Virus record (IMG/VR): IMGVR_UViG_3300009545_000002
Location: 1 to 64,000 of that record
Strand: one strand, 5' to 3'
Source: a virus
DNA: 64,000 nucleotides
Shown: positions 40,296 through 49,863 of the stretch, piece by piece
Layout of the letters: every line of letters starts with the position of its first letter
Position numbering within the stretch: the stretch's first letter is position 1
Notes under the pieces: generated by a model
Told to the model about the DNA's origin: nothing
Database searches by the model: none
Seen by the model: the letters and a program-made list of their open reading frames with translations, nothing else
Translations under genes and position numbers: made by a program

Positions 40296-40571
40296 TCACC
40301 GTGGCCTTGGGCCGCGAAAGTTTAGGGCTGCGAGACTGCCCCACAGCGCGGTCTGCAAGCCTGCGTTGATGAAGTCGACTGCCGTGTGGGCGACGAACAG
40401 CGCGACGATCGAAATGCCGGTCACGGCGAGCGCGCCCCACGCGATCTTGAGGCGCGAGTGCTCCATGTGGTTGGCCTCGCGCTCCATGCGTTCGCGGACT
40501 TCTCTCAGCTTCGCGATCAGCTCGTCGAGCTCCGGCAGATGACCATCAGTTGATGGTTCGGTCTCGTCCAT
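40296..40571 (-). CDS. Hypothetical membrane protein
   Basis: Coiled coil followed by hydrophobic helices. Confidence 0.5.
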   Translation of the reverse strand: MDETEPSTDGHLPELDELIAKLREVRERMEREANHMEHSRLKIAWGALAVTGISIVALFVAHTAVDFINAGLQTALWGSLAALNFRGPRPR

Positions 40572-40965
40572 TCGCGGCCCCCTCGTTGTGCCCGCTGTCC
40601 TTCAGCACTGCGTCCAGATCGTCGCGTAGGCGCGTCAGGTAGGCCGCTGGAAAGGAGCGGCCCTGCAGCGCTTCGATGAGCCCCGCGCGCACGTCGTCGG
40701 TGTTGAGCATGCCGAGGGTCCGGCCGAGGGTCAGCATCAGCATTGCGACGCCGGCGCCCTGCGTCAGCTTGTCCGCGTTCGAGCGAATCTCTTGCGCGAC
40801 CACCTCCAGCCTATCCGGCAGCGACTCGTGCACTTCGAGCGGCCCCTGCACGCAGAACCCGCTGCCGTGCTCGCCTTCGACGACGATCAGCACCACGCCC
40901 TTCGCCTTCGCGCCTTCGCGCGCTGCCGTGCATAGGCTGTCGTACACCCCTGGTCCGATCGGCAT
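40546..40965 (-). CDS. Hypothetical protein
   Basis: MPIGPGVYDSLC..., operonic packing. Confidence 0.6.
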   Translation of the reverse strand: MPIGPGVYDSLCTAAREGAKAKGVVLIVVEGEHGSGFCVQGPLEVHESLPDRLEVVAQEIRSNADKLTQGAGVAMLMLTLGRTLGMLNTDDVRAGLIEALQGRSFPAAYLTRLRDDLDAVLKDSGHNEGAANGRDRTIN

Positions 40966-40968
40966 GGC

Positions 40969-41190
40969 TCATTCCTTCCTGGTTGATTCGAGTTCAGCGG
41001 CGAGCCGCATCCCCTGCGCGATGGTCACGCAGTCCGTTTTGTCTCGGCAGTGGATGACGCTTTGCAGCACCATGCCCTCGCTCATGCCGGCTTGCCTCGA
41101 GACGTCGATCGTGAAGATCCCGACCTTGACGTAGGGCCGCACTTCGCCGCACACGTGGCAGCGCAAGACAGCCGCCGTCGGATCGCTCAT
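40969..41190 (-). CDS. Hypothetical Zn-binding protein
   Basis: CHVCG...HC..C. Confidence 0.5.
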   Translation of the reverse strand: MSDPTAAVLRCHVCGEVRPYVKVGIFTIDVSRQAGMSEGMVLQSVIHCRDKTDCVTIAQGMRLAAELESTRKE

Positions 41191-41732
41191 ACGAAGTCCT
41201 TGAGCGAAATGTGAAGGCGCTGCGCGTCCCTGGCTTTGTCCCAGGTGTTCTTCGTGCCGCCGTCTTCCGGTACATCCCAGTCGCCGAACGTGTAGGCGAG
41301 CAGCGAGTCGCAGCCCCTGGCCACGAGCGCATTGCGCGCGAACATGGCGCCGTAACCCTTGGCCGCCGGCTGCTCCGTCACCTCGGCCCCCTTGGCGATT
41401 GCCTGCGCGATCTCGGCGATGCCGTCGACGCGTGTGGCCTGCTTGAAGCGGGCGTGATAGTAGTTCGCCACCGAGCCCGCGCTGGCGTTCTTCGGTCCGG
41501 CGAACTGCCCATCCACCAGCGGCGCCGGCAGGTGAAGAACCAGGTGCTGCACGTCGCCATCGAGGTAGAGGCGCACCGCGAGATGGTCTGCCCACGCCGC
41601 GCCGCCTGATACCAACGTGTCGGTGGAGCTCACGCGAGCCTTCGCATCAGCGAGCATCGCGCGCCACAGCTCGGCTGTCATCGGACGGTTCTTGTCTCGG
41701 CCCGCGGTGCCGATGATGGCGACCACCCTCAC
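41187..41732 (-). CDS. SLOG-superfamily (YspA/DprA-like) protein
   Basis: VAIIGTAGR, LVSGGAAWADHLA, ARNALVA, GGTKNT. Confidence 0.7.
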   Translation of the reverse strand: MRVVAIIGTAGRDKNRPMTAELWRAMLADAKARVSSTDTLVSGGAAWADHLAVRLYLDGDVQHLVLHLPAPLVDGQFAGPKNASAGSVANYYHARFKQATRVDGIAEIAQAIAKGAEVTEQPAAKGYGAMFARNALVARGCDSLLAYTFGDWDVPEDGGTKNTWDKARDAQRLHISLKDFV

Positions 41733-42094
41733 AGCGTCGGCTTCCCTCGCACGGTGAGCACCGCGCCGCTCTTGTCCTGCAGGCGCTTCAGCATCGCGCG
41801 CAGCCGCTGCTCTTCCTTCTTCAGCGCGTGCACCCGCTCGGTCACTTCCTTGACCTGGTTCTGCACCTGTCGGTAGCTGGACCAGGCGCTCTCGATCGTG
41901 CGCGCGTTCGACAGCAGGAAGCTGAACGGGTCGAGCGTCGCGCCGCACTTCAGGTTGGCGCAGATCACGGTGCGGTTGTGCTGGTCGAGCAGCACTGCCT
42001 CATGGCTGCAGTATTCCGGGTGCCGCGGCGCGATGGCCAGCGGGTTCTCCGGCAGGGTGTGGCCTGGGAAGGCCTTGATGATGTCGTCGCTCAT
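41729..42094 (-). CDS. Hypothetical Zn-binding coiled-coil phage protein
   Basis: CSH...VIC..KCGATLDPF plus a coiled coil. Confidence 0.65.
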   Translation of the reverse strand: MSDDIIKAFPGHTLPENPLAIAPRHPEYCSHEAVLLDQHNRTVICANLKCGATLDPFSFLLSNARTIESAWSSYRQVQNQVKEVTERVHALKKEEQRLRAMLKRLQDKSGAVLTVRGKPTL

Positions 42095-42630
42095 TTCCGT
42101 TTGCGGCCGGCCTGGCCGATCTGCGCGGCGAGCCGCTCGGTTTCGCTCTTGACGTAGGCGATGTCCTTGTACGTCTCCATGCCCCTGCTCTCGAAACCGA
42201 GCGCCTCGCGCACCGCGACCATGTCCGGCACCACGTCGAATAAGTGCCCGGTGTCGAAACCGATCCAGTAGCCGCGCTTCATCTCGCGGCGATTGAACTT
42301 CGTCGCCCAGCTGACGCCGCCGTGCACGGTCAAGCGGCTCAGGCGCCGGCCGTTGATGTCCCGGGTCGCGCGCCGCATGAAGGCCTTGTTCATCAGGTGT
42401 GGGCCTGGCCCATTTGGCGGGCGTAGCGGCGGCCGCCGGCAGCGCGGCGGCGGGTACATCGGATGCCCTCGTGGCACGCGCACGTAGCCGCACAGCTGGT
42501 GCACCGTGCCGCGCAAGATGGCGCACTTCAGCCCGGTGGCCTGATCGATCCAGTGCAGCCTATTCGGCTCGGAGTCCCAGGGTCCCGGGGCGCGCTGCGG
42601 TGGCCATTCCTGTCTCGCCTTCATCAGCAC
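42091..42630 (-). CDS. Hypothetical phage protein
   Basis: LCGYVRVPRGHP...VHGGVSW...WIGFDTGH motifs. Confidence 0.7.
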   Translation of the reverse strand: MLMKARQEWPPQRAPGPWDSEPNRLHWIDQATGLKCAILRGTVHQLCGYVRVPRGHPMYPPPRCRRPPLRPPNGPGPHLMNKAFMRRATRDINGRRLSRLTVHGGVSWATKFNRREMKRGYWIGFDTGHLFDVVPDMVAVREALGFESRGMETYKDIAYVKSETERLAAQIGQAGRKRK

Positions 42631-44437
42631 GGTTTGATCTCCTGTTCGATAGTCACAACTTCGCCCAGCACCAGGTCGCGATAGACGCCGTCGTCATCCT
42701 GCAGCACCGGCATCGACCCGAAGTAGATGCCCTCAGATTCGCCACCCGACAGCGCACCATCGAAGCTGAACATCAGGCTCTTGCCGTTCGGCGAAGCGAG
42801 GATGACCATCGCCTTGACCGTCTCGCCGCCGTAGGTCAGCCGCACGAACTGGCCGCGTTCGAGCGTCATGCGTCGCCTCTCGGAAAGCGCTGGGCCTGCA
42901 GCTGCAGCGCGAGCGCGGCGCTGGCGGCGGCAAGTTCGCGTTGTCGGGCGCGCGTCATTCGGCGAACCCGTCAAAGGATGGATGCTTGCGCTCGATGCAC
43001 AGCCGGCACAGCGGCGGATGCGAGCAGCCGGCCAGCACCATCGCGCCGCAGTCCGGGCAGTGGTACATGCCGATCGGGCTGTTGGCCAGGAGCTCCGGCT
43101 TCTCGTCGCAGTTCGCTTCGAAGAGCGGGCCCTCGGCGTAGCAGCGGCAGCAGAGCGCGCCGCCGGCCAGGCCGCTCACGGTGAATTCAGTGGCCATCGC
43201 CAAACTCCCGGGCGAAGAACAGCTCGCGGATGCGCCACAAAAGCGGGATCGGGCGCGCTCGGTATCCCGGCGGCGTTTCGATCATCTGCCCGAAGCCGTC
43301 GACACCCCAAAGGCGCCGGTCGGCCGGGTCGAGCACGTTCATCACGGTGCCGCACCGCGTGCACTTGATGTTCATCATCCTGCCGCCGCGCGGGCCTGGC
43401 AGGTAGCCGGTCCCGTTGCAGCATGGCCAGCGGCCGCGCTGGTACCAGGCGTGTCGCTCTTCGCGGGTCATCTCGCGCATGACGACGTCGCACTCGCTCA
43501 CAGCCAGAGCTCCATGACGTACTTCTCGTCCCTCGGGTCGCGCGGCACCCTGTGCAAATGCCCTGGCAGCCTGGCGCGCACGTCTTCGAGCGAGCCACCG
43601 ACGATCACGTCGGCCGTCGGTCGCGGGCCGGTGGGATGCACTTCATGCCGCCGCGCAACGTAGCACTCTGGCCGGTCCTTCGGATGGTCGTAGACCACCC
43701 AGATCGAGAGCACGTCTTCGTTCATCAGTGGCCCCCCTCTTTGACGCCGGTCACCACCGTGTCCGGGCCGATCAGGTCGGCCAGTTCAGCCGCGATGGCT
43801 GTCTCGGTCGCGCCGTACATGATGTAAACCTCGCCTTTGCCGCCCATCGGCTCGAGCTGCACGAGGATCCCCTGGCCCCGCTTGAGCCGCCTGATGCTCT
43901 CTTCGGTGATGCCCAGCACGTAGATCGCGCGTCCGTCCGAACTGGTGGCGCTCGCCTTGATCATTGTTCGACTCCATTCAGAGGGTTGGTGCGCGCGCAC
44001 CGCAGATGAAACACCGCTTGCCCGGCCGCAAATTGCATTTGCCGCAGGGCGCGGAAGGGTCCGGCCCGTCGTCGTCCGGCAGCGCCAGCACGCGCTCGAT
44101 CTCTGCGATCCACTGATCACCGTAGAGCAACAGCGGGCGCGCGGTGCGCAACTCGTCGAGCAGCCTGCGCATCGCTTCGTACTTGATCATCTCAGTGCTC
44201 CGTCGGTGGGCGCATCGTCCGCATCGTGTCGTCAGGGATCGGGCCCCACACGTCGATACCCGCTCGGATCAAGAGCTCGATGACCTCAGTCACCTGGGCC
44301 CAGTTCTCGAATACCACGACAGGCCCTACCGTGCTCTTGCTTTCGGCGTGCCGTAGCCATTCGAGCGTAACAACTCGCTCTCCGGGGTTGTTCGCGTTTT
44401 CGAGGACTTCGACGGCGGGCGTTAGAGGCGGCTTCAC
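42624..44437 (-). other. Run of seven small hypothetical genes (42624-42869, 42955-43203, 43187-43501, 43498-43725, 43725-43964, 43978-44190, 44192-44437)
   Basis: Mostly overlapping start/stop codons; several CxxC motifs. Confidence 0.55.
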
Positions 44438-45078
44438 GGCTTGATCCCTTCGAGCAGCAACTTGGCCAGGTTGTCGGCGCCGTAGACGGTCATCGCGGCC
44501 GAGTGCTGGATCTCGGCTTCGAGGCTGAAAAGTTTTCCGACCTTGCCGCCCGGGTGCTTGTTCATGTCGCAGAGGTCCGGTTCGGTGACCACCAGGTATT
44601 TGCGGCAGTTGCCGGGGCGGTGTTCGTAGACGCGGCAGGCGCGGTCTTCGCCGAGGAACACGCAGCGCTGATCCTCGATCGACAGTTCGCGCCAGGTGTC
44701 CGCGTTCTTCGTCGCCTGCCGTGCGAGCCGCGCATAGTCGATCTCGATGCCGTCGTCGTGGGCCAGCATGAGCAGTAGCTGCGCCTCTTGCGGAAAGACG
44801 TCCACGTGCACGTGGCAGCACGCGGCGCAGCCCTTGCGGCATTGCACGTTCGGCGCGTGCTCCGACGTAGCCAGCATGCGGCGCATGCTGTCGTCGACGG
44901 CATTGTGGATCGAGAATGCCACGCTCTCCGGTATCGCCTCGTGCTCGATGCGCACCCACTCTTTGCGGTAGTGCTTGAAGCACTCGAGCGCGACGCGGCG
45001 CTCATCGTCCTGCATTTGCGCCGTGGCTTCCTTGAGCGTGCTGCTGACGTAGCCCAGGGCAGGGTCAGTGAGCTTCAT
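44434..45078 (-). CDS. YkgJ-family cysteine-cluster (Zn/Fe-S) protein
   Basis: CRKGCAACC...CVFL...CRVYEHRPGNCR. Confidence 0.85.
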   Translation of the reverse strand: MKLTDPALGYVSSTLKEATAQMQDDERRVALECFKHYRKEWVRIEHEAIPESVAFSIHNAVDDSMRRMLATSEHAPNVQCRKGCAACCHVHVDVFPQEAQLLLMLAHDDGIEIDYARLARQATKNADTWRELSIEDQRCVFLGEDRACRVYEHRPGNCRKYLVVTEPDLCDMNKHPGGKVGKLFSLEAEIQHSAAMTVYGADNLAKLLLEGIKP

Positions 45079-45308
45079 TGCGCCACCCAGACCGCGCGGC
45101 CGACGAATTCCATTTCATCCCACAGCGGCCGGTAGTACGCCTGCCCGCCGGCTGTTTCGCGCGACTCGCCGAGCGCCTGCACGTAGCCCTGACAGCCGAA
45201 CTTCTTCGGCTCGGACACGATGAGCATGCAGGCGGCGAAAGCCCGATTGCGGACGGTCTCTGGATTCAGCTGCACCACGTCGCCGGGCTGTAGGTCACGA
45301 GGTTCCAT
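45075..45308 (-). CDS. Small SH3-like hypothetical protein
   Basis: LQPGDVVQL...GCQGYV...EMEFVG. Confidence 0.6.
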   Translation of the reverse strand: MEPRDLQPGDVVQLNPETVRNRAFAACMLIVSEPKKFGCQGYVQALGESRETAGGQAYYRPLWDEMEFVGRAVWVAQ

Positions 45309-45310
45309 GG

Positions 45311-45862
45311 TCAGTGCGTTTCATGGCCGGGTGCGTTCTGCATGACGAAGCGGCCGACCCATTCGCCGCCCACAGGTATGGGTTTGAAGGTCGCGACGCG
45401 TTTGGGGCCGCTGATCGGGCACATGCCGGGGAAGCTGCGCTCGGCGGTGTGGACCGTGACCATGATCATCTCGCCGCGGTCCGGGTGGTCCTCGAGCGAG
45501 TCAATTCCTTCGTAGACATCCGGCGACTTCGACGCCAGGTGCCAGGCCTCGGTCAAGTGCACGACCAGCTTGGGCGCTCCGGACGTGCCAGTCATCCCGG
45601 CCAGGTCGGCGCCCATTTTCGAGAGCAACAGGCGGATGAACAGCATCAGCCGATCCTTCGACTCGCCGGTTTCTTGCAGATCGTTCACCAGACTCGATTC
45701 GATGAAGGTCATGTCGCCGAGCGTGCCTGGCTCGTCGCCAAGGCAGACCGCGACCAGCTGCGGTTGGACTTTCTTCTTCTCGTTGAAGATCTCGACGGCC
45801 TTGCCGGCAAAGAAGTCGTAGGCGGCCGTGATGTCGGCGCCCTCGGGTTCGCGCGTGCTCAT
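45311..45862 (-). CDS. Hypothetical protein
   Basis: 183-aa ORF; EAW...HPDRGE motif. Confidence 0.65.
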   Translation of the reverse strand: MSTREPEGADITAAYDFFAGKAVEIFNEKKKVQPQLVAVCLGDEPGTLGDMTFIESSLVNDLQETGESKDRLMLFIRLLLSKMGADLAGMTGTSGAPKLVVHLTEAWHLASKSPDVYEGIDSLEDHPDRGEMIMVTVHTAERSFPGMCPISGPKRVATFKPIPVGGEWVGRFVMQNAPGHETH

Positions 45863-45865
45863 GGT

Positions 45866-47521
45866 TCAGGCCGCCGCGCGTTGGAGCTCTTCGATCGCTT
45901 GGATCACATGGCCCGCGGTGGACTTGACGTAGATCGGTGAGATCCCGGCGGCCTTGATCTTGAACTTCAGCGAGTGCGGGACGCGCTGCGTGATCATGAT
46001 GCAGTGCCGACCACGGTGCGGCGCATAGGTGCCGCTGTCGGGATCGAAGAAGCGCAGGTCGGCGCCGCCGTTGATGGCTGTCTTGACCTGCTGTTCCATG
46101 CTGCCGTTGTTCAGGCCGACGACATCGACTTTGAGAAGGCGCACGCGCTCGGCTTCAGGCTGCGGTTCTGCTGCTGCCTCGGGCGCTGCAGGGACCTCCG
46201 GATATTCCATATCCATCGCCGGCGCGCTCACCGGGCCCAGCTCGGCCTCGACGATCTTGTGCACCGTCGCGCGCATGCTCTGCTCGATCTGCTGCGCGAT
46301 CTGCTGGCTCGTGATCGCGGCCATCGCGCTCATGCGTTCGGCGATGTTGTGCATCACGGACTGCGCGTGCACCGCCAGCAGGTCATCGAGTGCGCGCATG
46401 ACGGTGGCGCCGAAGGCCTGGGCGGCCGCTGAGAGCGCGCGTGGCGGCTGGGTAGGGGGTAGGTGGCCGGTGGCCGGTTCAGGCGCTTGTGCGGCCTGCA
46501 CGGCCTGCTGGGGCTCTGCTTGCGCCTCTGGTTCTGCTGCTTGCGGCTCGGGCTCCGCCTCGGCAGGTGGCGGGTCGGCCGGCAGCAGCCATTCGTTCGC
46601 TGTGCCGTGGGCGATCAGCTTCTCGAGGTAGCCTCCAGTGGTGCCGCTCTGGATGCTTGGGATGCTGCGGCGTCGGTCGATGTCGAGCACCAGTTCCTGC
46701 GCCTCGATGACGAGCCGCGATAACGCGCGAGTGTCGCCTTCGCTGCGCCATCGGTTGACCTGCCGGGCAATGCGCGCCTTCTCCATCGTGGTCCAACGGA
46801 CAGCCCCTTCGCCGGAATAGTCACGGCCCTCGTCGATCGAACGCTTCGGTGTTTGTGTCGGCTTGAGCGGGGTTGCAGGTGCCGCTGCAGGCGCAGGCGT
46901 CTCCTGCTTCGCTGCCTCGAGCTCGAGCTCATGACGTAGCGTCAAGCGCGCCGCGTGCATCCCTGTCTCATACCAGTTCGCGAAGGACTTCGCCTCGATG
47001 TTCTGCCGGCGTCGCTCGGGCGGCAGGACTATCTCTTGCGCACGAAAAAGGGCATCGCGTGGCTTCGCTTTCGAGAGTTCATCACGCGTCAGGTGGGCTT
47101 GCAGGCGCGCGATGCACTCACACAGCTGGCGCTTCTCGGCGTCGTTCCACTGGACCCGCTTGACGGTCTCTGGTTCGCCTTCAGACGCGCGATCGAGCCA
47201 TGGGGTCACCTGAGTGGCGGCAGGCTTGTATTTCGCGCCCTTGGTGACGCCTGCTAGCTTTCGCTGCCTTCGGATGGCTCGGATCGCTGAGACGAACCAT
47301 TGGATCTTCGCGGTTGTCGTCACCTTGCGTTGCCGGTCCGGCGGAAGGACGGTTGCTTGTGCCAGGTGGAACAGTTCGCTGATCGAGCTGATGTTTCCGG
47401 CGCGTTGAAGGCGGATCCCCTCGTCGCGGACGGCATGTACTTCGGCCTCTGTCCAGTAGATTCCCAATCGTCTCTCCTTGTTATGGCCCTCGAAGGGTAG
47501 GAATGTATTGCCAACTGTCAT
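45866..47521 (-). CDS. Large protein with three W-x-x-x-E...AQ..VL...R.R repeats (Myb/SANT-like)
   Basis: WTEAE..AQATVLPPDRQR, WNDAE..AQEIVLPPERRR, WTTME..AQELVLDIDRRR. Confidence 0.65.
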   Translation of the reverse strand: MTVGNTFLPFEGHNKERRLGIYWTEAEVHAVRDEGIRLQRAGNISSISELFHLAQATVLPPDRQRKVTTTAKIQWFVSAIRAIRRQRKLAGVTKGAKYKPAATQVTPWLDRASEGEPETVKRVQWNDAEKRQLCECIARLQAHLTRDELSKAKPRDALFRAQEIVLPPERRRQNIEAKSFANWYETGMHAARLTLRHELELEAAKQETPAPAAAPATPLKPTQTPKRSIDEGRDYSGEGAVRWTTMEKARIARQVNRWRSEGDTRALSRLVIEAQELVLDIDRRRSIPSIQSGTTGGYLEKLIAHGTANEWLLPADPPPAEAEPEPQAAEPEAQAEPQQAVQAAQAPEPATGHLPPTQPPRALSAAAQAFGATVMRALDDLLAVHAQSVMHNIAERMSAMAAITSQQIAQQIEQSMRATVHKIVEAELGPVSAPAMDMEYPEVPAAPEAAAEPQPEAERVRLLKVDVVGLNNGSMEQQVKTAINGGADLRFFDPDSGTYAPHRGRHCIMITQRVPHSLKFKIKAAGISPIYVKSTAGHVIQAIEELQRAAA

Positions 47522-47563
47522 CGAGTCAAAGCCGTGAAGATTGCCACGCGCACGTCATGGACG

Positions 47564-47591
47564 AAAAAAAGCCGCCCTCAGATGGGGCGGC
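47564..47591 (-). terminator. Intrinsic terminator downstream of the integrase
   Basis: GCCGCCC stem plus T7 on the minus strand. Confidence 0.75.
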
Positions 47592-47683
47592 ATCGATCAA
47601 GGGGACAGTGGCACAGCGTAGCACCGGTGAGACTCCTTGGGTTTGTGGCGATTGACTTGAGACGGTCGGACGGTCTAAAGCGA

Positions 47684-48769
47684 TCAGCGCTTCTTCGGTC
47701 CGCGGCCCGACATCGCCACGCTGTCCGGCAGACGCTTGGCGGCCTCGCTCGCGTCGTAGTTGTAGTAGGTGTCGCGCAGCAGCCGGATGTCCTTCGTGCC
47801 CACCGCCTTGGACAGCTCGATCACGTCCAGGAATCTGCACAGGCGCGTGCAGGCCTCGTGCTTCGTGTCGTGGAAGTGCAGGTCGACGATGCCGGCCTGC
47901 TTCACCGCCTTGCGCCATAGCGCATCGCGCTGGCTGTCGTCGATGCCGACGATGTAGGGCTGGTCCGCGGGCATGGTCGCGAGCAGCTGCTCGATCAGGC
48001 GCCGCGCGCTGCCCGAGAGCGGCACGTTGCGGCTCGCGTCGACCGTGGCGCGGCCGCTCTTCGCGCCCTTGCGTCCGCCCTTCTCGAGTGCCGAGACGTG
48101 CACGTAGTCGTCTTCCGGGAAGAAGTCGATCGGGCGCAGGCGCAGCAGTTCGCCCGAGCGCATGCCGGTCTCCAGGCTGAGCAGGAAGCAGGCGCCGACG
48201 CGTGAGGTCAAGGTGCGCAGCTGCGGATCGAACTTGTAGCCGGTGGCGATGTTGATCGCCTCGACTTCCTTGTCGGTGAGCAGCGGCCGCTTGCGCGGCT
48301 TGCCCTTCGGCGGCCGGCGTGCGCCGTGGCAGGGGTTGACGTCGATCCAGCGGCGGTCCTTCACCGCGTAGGTGAACGCGCCGCTCATCAGGTTCATCTC
48401 GCGGTTGACCGTCGCGTCGCTGACTTCCTCGCCGCGGCGCGCCATCCACTCGTTGATGTCGTGCGTCACAATGTCCGCGAGCCGCCGCTCCGCGAGCGGA
48501 TCCAGACACCAATTGTCGATGCGTATCTTGTTCCACTTCGCCGAATCCGTCTTCAGCGCCACCGCATCGAGGTACGCCTCGAACAGCTGGCCGACCGTCA
48601 CGCCGGCCGCCCTGGTCGGCGTCAGCTGGCCGATTTCCTTCTTCCGCTCCATCTTGTCCGCCCAGGCCTGGGCCTCGACCTGGGTGTCGAAGGTGGCGGT
48701 TTTTCGGGTGCCGCCCGGGATGCGGACGGTCACTCGAAAGGTGTCGCCGCGTGGGGTTATTGCTGCCAT
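47684..48769 (-). CDS. int: Tyrosine integrase (Rci-like subfamily)
   Basis: ATVNREMN, LETGMRSGE, FHDTKHEACTRL, GTKDIRLLRDTYY; adjacent to att and xis. Confidence 0.9.
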   Translation of the reverse strand: MAAITPRGDTFRVTVRIPGGTRKTATFDTQVEAQAWADKMERKKEIGQLTPTRAAGVTVGQLFEAYLDAVALKTDSAKWNKIRIDNWCLDPLAERRLADIVTHDINEWMARRGEEVSDATVNREMNLMSGAFTYAVKDRRWIDVNPCHGARRPPKGKPRKRPLLTDKEVEAINIATGYKFDPQLRTLTSRVGACFLLSLETGMRSGELLRLRPIDFFPEDDYVHVSALEKGGRKGAKSGRATVDASRNVPLSGSARRLIEQLLATMPADQPYIVGIDDSQRDALWRKAVKQAGIVDLHFHDTKHEACTRLCRFLDVIELSKAVGTKDIRLLRDTYYNYDASEAAKRLPDSVAMSGRGPKKR

Positions 48770-49059
48770 GGTGTCGTCCTTGGTGTCATCGAGGGGCCTG
48801 CCCTGGCACCAGCGCCAACCTGGAAATCGTGGTGTCAGCGCTGGTGCCAGGGCTACCGACACTTTACCCGATTCCCCTGGGGCCAGGCCGGGCCCACTGG
48901 GGCCGGGTGACACCAAGACGGGCCGCACCGGACATGAAAAAAGCCCCGTAAATCAACGACTTACGGGGCTTTTTGCTTGCTTACCCTGGTGCCCAGGAGA
49001 AGCACCCAAAGTGAGTGTTTATGCGGCCTGCAGAGAATTTGGTGTCGGACTTGACACCA
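48769..49059. other. attP region with a tRNA-Leu-like core, arm-type sites, IHF site and terminator
   Basis: Core 48987-49002 reads CTTCTCCTGGGCACCA on minus (a tRNA 3' end). TGGTG(T/C)C repeats at 48769, 48781, 48830, 48842, 49040 and inverted at 48804, 48908, 49052. IHF match AATCAAcgacTTA (48951-48963) lies within hairpin 48937-48974. Confidence 0.75.
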
Positions 49060-49126
49060 CAGAGTGAAAAGTAGGACTCGATCTCGACTCGAAGCCCACT
49101 CCGGACTCACCTGGTCCGACTCCAAA

Positions 49127-49441
49127 TTAGCTTTCGACCTTGTTCCTCGGGCGGCCGATTTTGGCCTTGGGGGACTCGTACTCGTGGGCCGAGATCCACG
49201 TCAGGATCGCCGAGCGCCGCCACCTTGGACGGCTCTTTCCCTTGCCCGTCCCGGTGTCCAGATGGATCGCTTTCGGGAAGGTCGGCGAGTGCGCAAAGTG
49301 CTCGGTCACCGAGCGCGGCTCGCAGTTGATCAGGGCGGCCACGTCGTCGGTGTTGAGCAGCGGGTCCTCGATTTCGGCCCGGCGCAGCTCCTTGGCGATG
49401 ACCTTGCCGAGGGCTTCGATTTCACTCGCGTCCATGTTCAT
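49127..49441 (-). CDS. xis: Excisionase / AlpA-like HTH
   Basis: LLNTDDVAALI...FPKAI...RPRWRRSAILTWI; next to attP. Confidence 0.75.
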   Translation of the reverse strand: MNMDASEIEALGKVIAKELRRAEIEDPLLNTDDVAALINCEPRSVTEHFAHSPTFPKAIHLDTGTGKGKSRPRWRRSAILTWISAHEYESPKAKIGRPRNKVES

Positions 49442-49854
49442 GCTTCCCCTTCGGTTGGGAAAAGGTCTGTCGTGCGCGCCTGCAGCTTCCGCGTCATGTA
49501 CGCGCTGGTGATGTGATGTGGTTGATCGTAGGCCAGGTGATGCCGCTGGCACCAGGCCCGCAAATTCTCGGGATCGCAATGCTCTGGCACGTGATCCAGA
49601 TGGGCGATCGTCAGCACGATGCGGACGATGCGCTCGTCCTTCTCGATCGACTCCGCCAGCTCGAAGTCGAAGGTGCCCGGCGTGCTCGGGTGCACGATCT
49701 GCTTGAACAGCCCATCGCGCCAGACACCGACGGCAAGGTGTCGCGCGCCGCATCCTTCCCATTCGCAGCGGTAGCCGGCGCGGCTCATGATCTGCACGCG
49801 GACGTCTTGCCAGTCGGCGGGGTAGCGGGCTTTGTTCTCGGGCTTGATCGGCAT
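49438..49854 (-). CDS. Standalone HNH endonuclease-like protein
   Basis: CEWEGC...LTIAHLDHVPEHCDPENLRAWCQRHH. Confidence 0.75.
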   Translation of the reverse strand: MPIKPENKARYPADWQDVRVQIMSRAGYRCEWEGCGARHLAVGVWRDGLFKQIVHPSTPGTFDFELAESIEKDERIVRIVLTIAHLDHVPEHCDPENLRAWCQRHHLAYDQPHHITSAYMTRKLQARTTDLFPTEGEA

Positions 49855-49863
49855 GGGCAGGTC

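Noticed and set aside
48987-49002. A tRNA-Leu gene
   Set aside because: Only the last 16 nt are present with no cloverleaf; interpreted as the attP core.
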